This document shows, piece after piece, positions 32,301-38,459 of a stretch of DNA of 38,459 nucleotides (within the stretch, counting starts at the first letter, position 1; every line of letters begins with the position of its first letter). The notes below the pieces were generated by a model, which worked only from the letters and a program-made list of their open reading frames with translations, searched no databases and had not been told where the DNA came from. The translations under genes were made by a program, and so were the position numbers. Source of the stretch: Gemmatimonadota bacterium (GTDB taxonomy: Bacteria > Blakebacterota > Blakebacteria > Blakebacterales > Blakebacteraceae); NCBI GenBank assembly GCA_030631625.1, contig DAOVKT010000003.1:1-38459 (forward strand), given 5' to 3'.

Positions 32301-32911
32301 TGGGCGCCCAGCAGCATGGACATATAGCGGCTGTCGGCTATGACCTCTACCAGGAGATGCTCGGGGAGGCGGTGGCTGAGATAAGAAAAACCCCGGAAGA
32401 GATCTGGTCGCCGCCACGCCTGGAACTGCCGGGGGAAGCATACCTGCCCGTGGCTTATGTCTCGATGCCGGGCCTGAGGCTGGAGTTTTATCGACGTGCC
32501 GTGGAGGCGCGCACTACCGAAGAAGTAGGAAGGCTGCATACAGAGCTCAGGGACAGGTTCGGACCGCTCCCGCCCGAGGCCCGGGCTCTGATCAACGCCT
32601 CGCATATCCGCGTATCGGGTGCGGAACTCGGCCTCGATTCGCTGGTTGTACAGAACAACAGTATGACTGGAACGTGGCCCGGGGACCGAATGTTCGACCG
32701 TCCACAGTGGGAAGAGCTGCTGAAACGGTTGGGTCCGGGTGTTCGGTTTGAGGGCGAGACGCCGCTCAAGTTTCGGATGGAGCTCGAAAGCGGTATGCCA
32801 ATAGACCAGGTCGAAGAGGCCAGAAACCGCTTGCTGACGGAGAAGGAAGCTCGGTACGTTACCACGCTAATGCCTGATACAACTGCCGGAGAAAGCGCAG
32901 CTTATGGGTAG
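29375..32911 (+). CDS. mfd: Transcription-repair coupling factor
   Basis: UvrB-homology EFSVRGGLID; RNA-polymerase-interaction VVHVNHGIGRF; GDVGYGKT, DEEH, TATPIPRTL, QLRGRVGRS and DLEIRGAGNLLG. Confidence 0.98.
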   Translation: MRPAESAAPLPLLDEWRVAITGTQFFQTILDRVERGARFEIPALPGSLKTVLLAAVVEEQSHSGLLAILPDPDQAEEAALDFSALLGDEAVRLLPPWPYEAYEELSPSPLLSFERHDALISLSRLGGAVDAERGTRAGVGRVVVTSARALTIWSAGSAELQAREISLVEGEEQEFEGLIAGLSLLGYERNEMVEGPAEFSVRGGLIDVSPPRRDHGVRVEFWGDGIESIREFRLPDQRAVGGLGRVRIPPVHEVPFGQDARAHALERAGRDLDGGLVPDTPLERALEREQLWEGLEWYLPLFVETPATVADLLPTDSVVAIWEPERVREVVKDLHRQAADSYSAVKEQEGWLPPEKILTPVDIVDGIRGSFRGIDLTLVASPGAETVRTDAGRAPAVTGDFDGLRGEIGRLRRKGIIPTILVEGEGQQRRLEDLLGGEDEGGPRLRLGQLGEGFVWSEAGLAIWPDHELFRRPRRSRPVRIRGGGVIRSYRSLNPGDLVVHVNHGIGRFEGLRSLEVDGVPTELLEIVYAGGDRLLVPIDQMARVQRYIGADPDAAPSLNTLGGAGWQRTVERARTDLFEMAEELAGLYAIRKTAGGTAYPTDDLFMEELEASFPYTETPDQSGAVQDVKRDLESHQNMDRLICGDVGYGKTEVAIRAALKVIEGGSQVAVLVPTTVLAQQHLETFRARLDGFPVRVEMLSRFRTRAQQGRTLENLSSGRTDLVIGTHRLLSSDVSFSRLGLIVIDEEHRFGVRAKERLKSIRAQVDVLSLTATPIPRTLHMSLLGIRDISIITTPPEDRLPIHTEVVKFDEGIIETAIRREMERGGQVFFVHNRIQSIDSAVRLVERLVPEARVGLAHGQMKEGRLEMAMLEFASGGTDVLVSTMIIESGLDLPNANTLLVNRADRLGLAQLYQLRGRVGRSSQKAYTYFLVPHGRRLTRDARRRLQAVQEYSELGAGLHLAMRDLEIRGAGNLLGAQQHGHIAAVGYDLYQEMLGEAVAEIRKTPEEIWSPPRLELPGEAYLPVAYVSMPGLRLEFYRRAVEARTTEEVGRLHTELRDRFGPLPPEARALINASHIRVSGAELGLDSLVVQNNSMTGTWPGDRMFDRPQWEELLKRLGPGVRFEGETPLKFRMELESGMPIDQVEEARNRLLTEKEARYVTTLMPDTTAGESAAYG

Positions 32912-34670
32912 ACGGAAGTTAAGTTTGAGACAGAAAAGTCTATGGGGGTTCCTGCTCGGCCTCCTTCTGGTAGTCAGTCTTGCAGGATGCGGCAGGAGCG
33001 GGGATAAGGGGCTGGTGGTTGCCCGGGTGGACAGGCTGGATATTACGATGGCAGACTTCCAGACCTTTTACAGGCCACCTCCCCAGGAACAGAATACAGT
33101 TGAAGAGCAGATCAGGATACTGGATGAGAAACTTGAAGACCTGATCGGTTTCAAGGTGGTCCAGGAGGGAGGTCGGGACGACGGCCTTCATGAGTCTGAT
33201 AACTTCAAGAATCTTCGGGAAAGGTACATAAAAAATCTGCTCAACCGCATGGTCAAGCAGAGGGAGATAGTAGGGGCGATAACGATCACCGACGCCGAGA
33301 TCGACAGTCTTTTAAGCCGCTCGCTCATCGAAAGGCACTTCCAGCACATCCTCACGCTGAACAGACCGGCAGCGCAGGAGGTTGAAGAACGTCTCAAGGC
33401 CGGCGAGGAGTGGGAAAGAGTTGCGATCATCTATTCACGTGACAACGATGTTGGCCTCCACAGGGGTGATCTTGGGTGGCTTGCGTGGGGGGAAGGGCCG
33501 TTCAGCGTCTATACAGAGCTGCAGCCAATCGCATACCAGATCCCGGTTGAAACCTGGCAGGGGCCGATCCAGGTAGGCAGGGAGTTTCACTTCATCAAGG
33601 TTCTTGAGGAGCGAACACGCGAGCGTGGGATGCCCGAGGAGGAGCGTGCTGCGGCCCGTTCCTTCATCTTCAGCTTCAAACAAGATGCGATGGAGCAGGA
33701 GCTGTCGAACCGGATATGGGCCGAGGGCGGCTTTCATTTCGACGAAGACCAGTTCAGGTGGCTGTACGATCAGTTGATGGACTCGTTCGGCCGGGACCCT
33801 TCGAACAACCCCCTCCCAGAGCTCTCGAGAGAGGACAGGAGGAGGGTGGTTGTACGTTCCAAAACCAATCCCTATACCTCTCAGGACCTTCTGGAACGCA
33901 TTGAGCTTCTCAGCCCGAGTGAAAGGGATAATCCACTGACGCTTGATGACTGGAGACATATGTTCTTGGAATGGGTCATCATCGACGGGGTCGCGGAGTA
34001 TGCCACTTCGAAGGGGTACAGGAAAGAACCCGCCGTACTGGCAAGCCGCAAGAGGTTTACCGACAGCCGGCTATACGCTCTCAAACTGAACTCTCTCAGG
34101 GCAGAAGCTACGCAGGCGATCGACGAGGAGATAGAGGAGTATTACGAGCAGAATCCCCAGTTGTTCGATCTGCCGGAGCGGCGCCGGATAGTTGAGGTTC
34201 TCGTAGAGACGAGGGAGGAGGCCGAGGAGCTGCTCCTCCGGGCGAAGGAGGGGGAGAGCATGGATTCGCTGGCCCGGGACTACACGATCCGACCCGGATT
34301 CGTCCAGCGCGGGGGACGATTCGTCCCGATAAGGAGGGATGAGTTCGGCCCGCTGGGCGAGGCGGTGTTCGAGGTTCCCGAGGACGGGTTCGGTCCCGTG
34401 GTTGAAACGCCGCTCGGTTTCAGCATCTTCAAGGTCATTCAGATACTTGAACCTCACCTGATACAGCTGGAGGATGTGAGGGAGAACCTGCGCGAGAATT
34501 TCCGGCTCGAGAAGGAGAGGACTATTGTCGAACAGTTCAAGGAGGATGCCAGAGCTCGAGCGAGGATCTGGAAGAATGAAGAACTGATTCGGAACTGGGC
34601 GGAGGGGATAGTAGCGTGGCGGGAAGCTGCTCGAAACGATTCTCAAGGTGAACTACTTCCAGAGAAATAA
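32904..34670 (+). CDS. Lipoprotein foldase with two PpiC/parvulin domains
   Basis: Lipobox SLAGC; FQHIL...GDLGW...FHFIKV; a second domain with VETPLGFSIFKV. Confidence 0.85.
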   Translation: MGRRKLSLRQKSLWGFLLGLLLVVSLAGCGRSGDKGLVVARVDRLDITMADFQTFYRPPPQEQNTVEEQIRILDEKLEDLIGFKVVQEGGRDDGLHESDNFKNLRERYIKNLLNRMVKQREIVGAITITDAEIDSLLSRSLIERHFQHILTLNRPAAQEVEERLKAGEEWERVAIIYSRDNDVGLHRGDLGWLAWGEGPFSVYTELQPIAYQIPVETWQGPIQVGREFHFIKVLEERTRERGMPEEERAAARSFIFSFKQDAMEQELSNRIWAEGGFHFDEDQFRWLYDQLMDSFGRDPSNNPLPELSREDRRRVVVRSKTNPYTSQDLLERIELLSPSERDNPLTLDDWRHMFLEWVIIDGVAEYATSKGYRKEPAVLASRKRFTDSRLYALKLNSLRAEATQAIDEEIEEYYEQNPQLFDLPERRRIVEVLVETREEAEELLLRAKEGESMDSLARDYTIRPGFVQRGGRFVPIRRDEFGPLGEAVFEVPEDGFGPVVETPLGFSIFKVIQILEPHLIQLEDVRENLRENFRLEKERTIVEQFKEDARARARIWKNEELIRNWAEGIVAWREAARNDSQGELLPEK

Positions 34671-34695
34671 GGTTGTTCTGAAGCCCTGGGCAGGA

Positions 34696-35535
34696 ATGGT
34701 ATGGACGGCCCTGTTCGGGGGCGCCCTCCTGCTGGGGGCCTGCAGCCGTCAGTCTCAATCATCTGCAGTGATAGCGCAGGTTGGTGACGCCACGTTGACC
34801 GTGGAGGACCTGCGCCGCATGGTTCCCGACGAGGTCCTCAACGGAGCCGGTCAGGGTGATCTGGTGGGATTTGTCAATCAGTGGATGCGGAGCGAGCTGC
34901 TCTTCCAGGCCGCCGAGGCGATAGGGTACGGAAATGACCTCAGGGTTGAGCAGAGGGCGCGCCAGGCTCGCCGGGACATCATAATCGATGTCTTCCTGGA
35001 GGACGAGCTCGACATGCGGCCCTTCATATCAGAAGAAGAAATCTCCTCCTATTACGAGAATAATCTGGCATCCTTTACGCGGGTCGAAGCGGAAGTGCAG
35101 GCTGCAATTGTATGGTTCGAGGATGCCGATCACGCCGGGCAGGCTCGACAGGCCCTGAACGGTGGTAGAAGCTTTACAGAGGTAATGGCTGACACATCCC
35201 TGGGAGTTGTGGCATCAAACCTTGAAATGCAGTACCTGTCACGTGTTGAGCTTGGGGACGAGTTGGGGGATGCGGTCTTCGAAGTCAGAGCGGGTACGCT
35301 CAGCCGGCCGATCCGGATTGACGACGGGTACATACTCGTGCGGGTGAACGACCGGCAGGAGGCAGGTACCGTACGCTCCCTCGGGGAAGTCCGTGATGAG
35401 ATAGTGATGCGCCTGACCAGCGATCTGTGGGAAATGAAGCTGGATGAGCTGCTCTCACGACTGCTCGATCAGGCGGATGTCTCCATTAATATCGAAGCAG
35501 GTCTTGAAGCGCTGGGCAGGGAGCGGCTGCCGTGA
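34696..35535 (+). CDS. PrsA-like lipoprotein foldase with one degenerate parvulin domain
   Basis: Lipobox LLGAC; VIAQVG; EEEISSYYE; LSRPIRIDDGYILVRV. Start is 34696 (ATG) or 34648 (GTG). Confidence 0.8.
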   Translation: MVWTALFGGALLLGACSRQSQSSAVIAQVGDATLTVEDLRRMVPDEVLNGAGQGDLVGFVNQWMRSELLFQAAEAIGYGNDLRVEQRARQARRDIIIDVFLEDELDMRPFISEEEISSYYENNLASFTRVEAEVQAAIVWFEDADHAGQARQALNGGRSFTEVMADTSLGVVASNLEMQYLSRVELGDELGDAVFEVRAGTLSRPIRIDDGYILVRVNDRQEAGTVRSLGEVRDEIVMRLTSDLWEMKLDELLSRLLDQADVSINIEAGLEALGRERLP

Positions 35536-36872
35536 GGCGTTTCTTCTCATGGTCACTTATTGCGGCAGCGTTAATCGTATCGCTGCCAGCGCCGATGCGG
35601 GCGCAGGTACCGACCGGGGTTGAGGGCCAGCGAGAGACGATTGACGGGATAGCGGCGATAGTGGGCGGCGAGATCATCCTGAAGAGTGATGTGGAGCTGC
35701 TCTTCCTGATGAGGATGCAGGAACAGCGGATCGAGCCGGGTTCCATGACCGATGAAGAGAGAGACGATATCCGCTCTACTATACTGCAGGACCTGATTGA
35801 TCAGACCCTGATTGTAGCCAGGGCCCTTCGCGACTCCATCGTCGTTGAGCGGGGTGAGGTGGAAGAGGCGATAAACCAATGGATGGCAGAGCTGCAGGAG
35901 AGTTACGGAGGAGAGAGCGCCTTCCAGCAACAGCTCAACAGAGAAGGAATTACTATTGCCGAGCTGCGCAGACGGAGACGGCCACTGGTGCGCAATCAGC
36001 TTCTTCGTTCCAAGCTGCTGCAGGAACTTGGGATCGGGCGGCCGACGGCAGTATCCAGAAGGGATGCGGCAGAGTTTGTCCGCGAGCATGCAGATGAATT
36101 GCTTTTCATCAGGCACCTGCTTCTTGAACCGCCGGCCGATATCGATCCAGACGTTGTCGCAAGACAGAGAATAGAGGAGCTGTGGGAGCTTATAGTGAGC
36201 GGGCGTGAGGATTTTGAGACCATCGCGCGTCAGTACTCCGACGATCCCAACAGCGGGCCGCTGGGCGGCGATCTGGGCGAGGCCCCGATGGGGACCTATG
36301 TAGCCAGCGTGGACAGTACTGTCTGGAACCTGCCTATCGGTGAGGTTTCAGAGCCGGTTCGCAGCCAGTTCGGGTGGCACCTGATCCAGGTGATATCCAG
36401 AGACGAGGAAAGGGCGCAAGCCAGGCACATCCTGATTCGGGGGGTTGAGGAGGGAACTACAATACGTGCGTTGGCCGACACGATATCGATGATCGAGGAT
36501 GCCTTGGCGGCTGGGGAGTCATTCATTGACCTCGTGGAGCGTTTCAGCGACGAGGAAGGTGCGGCCGAGGAAACGGGATATTTCGGAATGTTGTTCCTGC
36601 CGCTGACAGCCGCCAACTCGGGTTTGTCAGCGGAGTGGATAGATGCCCTTCAGACCCTTGAACCCGGCGACTGGACTGGGCCACTGGAGTTGGAAAACAC
36701 GGTTCATTTCGTCCAGCGCATACCGTGGGATGAATCCACCGTCAACATGGTGCTTCGGAACGACTTTCCCCGCGTGGAGCTCATAGTGCAGCAGCTGCAC
36801 GACCAGGAGGATGTCGAGGCGTGGCTGGATGAGCTCCGCAGAGAAACCTACATTGAGATCAAGAAAGAATGA
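35532..36872 (+). CDS. surA: SurA-like periplasmic chaperone/PPIase
   Basis: IDGIAAIVGGEIILKSDV N-domain; FETIARQYSDDPNSG.GGDLG; EVSEPVRSQFGWHLI; ARHILI; WLDELRRETYIEI; precedes pdxA. Confidence 0.85.
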   Translation: MRRFFSWSLIAAALIVSLPAPMRAQVPTGVEGQRETIDGIAAIVGGEIILKSDVELLFLMRMQEQRIEPGSMTDEERDDIRSTILQDLIDQTLIVARALRDSIVVERGEVEEAINQWMAELQESYGGESAFQQQLNREGITIAELRRRRRPLVRNQLLRSKLLQELGIGRPTAVSRRDAAEFVREHADELLFIRHLLLEPPADIDPDVVARQRIEELWELIVSGREDFETIARQYSDDPNSGPLGGDLGEAPMGTYVASVDSTVWNLPIGEVSEPVRSQFGWHLIQVISRDEERAQARHILIRGVEEGTTIRALADTISMIEDALAAGESFIDLVERFSDEEGAAEETGYFGMLFLPLTAANSGLSAEWIDALQTLEPGDWTGPLELENTVHFVQRIPWDESTVNMVLRNDFPRVELIVQQLHDQEDVEAWLDELRRETYIEIKKE

Positions 36873-36878
36873 TATAAT
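36870..36878 (+). promoter_or_regulatory. Extended -10 element (TGnTATAAT), 8 nt before the pdxA ATG
   Basis: TGATATAAT overlaps the surA stop codon; no Shine-Dalgarno sequence precedes the ATG. Confidence 0.5.
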
Positions 36879-36886
36879 CTTCCGTC

Positions 36887-37924
36887 ATGGGTGACGGGAA
36901 TCCACAGCAGAGCGGAGCGGTGTACTCAGGCCAGGAGCAGCCACGCCTGCTTATTACAATGGGCGATCCGGCCGGCGTGGGGCCGGAGGTTGTCCTTAAA
37001 GCACTGCCTGTGCTGGTGGAGGAAGGATTGGGCCCGATAGGTGTGGTTGGGCCGCCGGTGCTGTGGGAACTGGCTGCTGCCATGCTGGGCCTTCCCCGGC
37101 CACAGGATCACCAGATACATATAGTGGTTCCCGAGAGTCTTCAAGGGATGGATAATGGTCTGGCGCGCGATATTCTGTTCTGCGGCGAAAGGACCACTAC
37201 AGGGGCCAGCGTCGCACTGGAATGCCTTGAGACGGCTGCCGAGTTCGCCTCGGCAAATCCACAGAAAACTGCGGTGATAACAGCTCCCGTTAACAAGAGG
37301 GCGCTGCACGATGCGGGGGTAACCACGCCGGGTCTCACAGAGTGGTTCGGCGAGCGGTTCGATTCCCAGACGCCGCTCATGCTACTTGTAGGGGGAAGGC
37401 TCCGTGTAGCTGTTGCTACTACGCACATTCCTCTGCGGGAGGTTCCGTCGGCACTGACAGTGGAAGGAATCGCCGGCCGGCTGTCTGTTCTCCACGAAGG
37501 ACTGCGAGCGCAGTTTGGCGTTGATGGTCCGCGGATCGCCCTGCTGGCGCTGAATCCTCACGGTGGAACCGGCGCCGAGGAAGATCGTGAGGAGCGAGAG
37601 GTACTGGAGCCGGCCATGCTGGAGGCCAGAAGCGGTAGTGTCAATGTGGATGGTCTCTTCAGCGCCGATGCATTCTTCGGCCGCCGCCGCTGGGAATTGT
37701 ATGATGCTGTCATGGCGCCATACCACGACCAGGGCCTCACTGCCGTGAAGATCGAGGCGGGGGGGATGGGGGTCAATGTAACGCTGGGGCTGCCCGTCGT
37801 ACGCACATCACCCGACCATGGGACTGCGTTCGACATAGCGGGAAAGGGGGTAGCGGGGGAAGGTGCCACGGTCGCCGCCGTCAGGCTCGCCGACGCTCTG
37901 CTGGATGGGCGTGGAGCCCGCTGA
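36887..37924 (+). CDS. pdxA: 4-hydroxythreonine-4-phosphate dehydrogenase
   Basis: TMGDPAGVGPE, TAPVNK, TTHIPL, LNPH, YHDQG and VRTSPDHGTAFDIAGKG. Confidence 0.93.
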   Translation: MGDGNPQQSGAVYSGQEQPRLLITMGDPAGVGPEVVLKALPVLVEEGLGPIGVVGPPVLWELAAAMLGLPRPQDHQIHIVVPESLQGMDNGLARDILFCGERTTTGASVALECLETAAEFASANPQKTAVITAPVNKRALHDAGVTTPGLTEWFGERFDSQTPLMLLVGGRLRVAVATTHIPLREVPSALTVEGIAGRLSVLHEGLRAQFGVDGPRIALLALNPHGGTGAEEDREEREVLEPAMLEARSGSVNVDGLFSADAFFGRRRWELYDAVMAPYHDQGLTAVKIEAGGMGVNVTLGLPVVRTSPDHGTAFDIAGKGVAGEGATVAAVRLADALLDGRGAR

Positions 37925-37962
37925 ACAGATCTCCTGTCGTGCGCACCCTCTTCTTATAGAAT

Positions 37963-38459
37963 ATGGCGTTAGTCCAGATGTTCCATGTTTCGAAGTCGTT
38001 CGGGGCTGTTCAGGTCCTGGATGATATAACCTTCCAGATCGACAGGGGCGACTTCGTCTGCCTTACGGGTCGAACCGGTTCGGGGAAATCCACCCTGATG
38101 AAACTGATCTACATGGAGGAGAGACCTACATCGGGGCAGGTGATCGTGGAGGGGTATAATTCCGACAGGATCAGGCATCGTGAGATACCCCGTTTGAGGC
38201 GGCGGATGGGTGTCCTCTTTCAGGACTTTAAGCTGCTCAGGGAACGGACCGCACACGAGAATGTGTCGTTTGCGCTGCACGTTACAGGCGTCCGCCGCCG
38301 AGAAGTGCGCAGCAGGGTGACCAGAGCTCTGACGAGGGTGGGGCTGGGGCATAAGAGAAACGCCTTCCCGGATACGCTCTCGGGCGGGGAGCTGCAGAGA
38401 GTAGCTCTTGCCCGGGCAATTGTGAACGACCCGGTTCTGCTCCTGGCCGACGAACCGAC
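37963..38459 (+). CDS. ftsE: Cell division ATP-binding protein FtsE, cut off by the window end
   Basis: Not in the ORF track. Manual translation: MALVQMFHVSK...GRTGSGKSTLMKLIYMEERPTSG...IPRLRRRMGVLFQDFKLL...LSGGELQRVALARAIVNDPVLLLADEP. Confidence 0.9.
   Translation, partial: MALVQMFHVSKSFGAVQVLDDITFQIDRGDFVCLTGRTGSGKSTLMKLIYMEERPTSGQVIVEGYNSDRIRHREIPRLRRRMGVLFQDFKLLRERTAHENVSFALHVTGVRRREVRSRVTRALTRVGLGHKRNAFPDTLSGGELQRVALARAIVNDPVLLLADEP

Noticed and set aside
29504-32605. Long antisense ORFs opposite mfd (291 and 360 aa), and similarly 21038..21982 opposite gyrA
   Set aside because: These are shadow frames of GC-rich conserved genes with no recognisable motifs.
37979-37994. parS-like half site TGTTCCAT in ftsE
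   Set aside because: It is not palindromic and is explained by the MFHV codons.

Overview
This window is the replication-origin region of a diderm bacterium. An FCB-superphylum or Gemmatimonadota/Latescibacterota-like lineage is inferred from gene content only. The left arm is mostly on the minus strand: rpmH-rnpA-yidD-yidC, two perfect parS sites, rsmG, a DUF2085-type protein, a membrane protein, a TrmH methyltransferase, a UDP-sugar dehydrogenase, etfB-etfA, an M28-fold lipoprotein with degenerate metal ligands and a partial propeller protein. A site-2 protease and an Omp85 paralogue lie on the plus strand. The centre is a bipartite oriC flanking dnaA, with DnaA boxes on both sides and a box/DnaA-trio/AT-rich unwinding module before dnaN. 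The right arm is on the plus strand: dnaN-recF-dciA-gyrB-gyrA, a third DnaA-box cluster, then a sigma-54 promoter ahead of a tightly coupled run of genes. That run encodes a beta-helix/Omp85 fusion, a LiaF/DUF2154-like secreted protein, a DUF4390-like protein, an NtrY/NtrX-like pair, mfd, three parvulin/SurA foldases, pdxA and a partial ftsE. The most unusual signals are a 32-bp palindromic element recurring with 3-bp direct repeats (twice on stop codons), the sigma-54 envelope operon, the probable pseudo-peptidase and a histone-like GyrA tail. No CRISPR array, RNA gene or transposase was seen. All calls come from reading motifs by eye; no searches were run.
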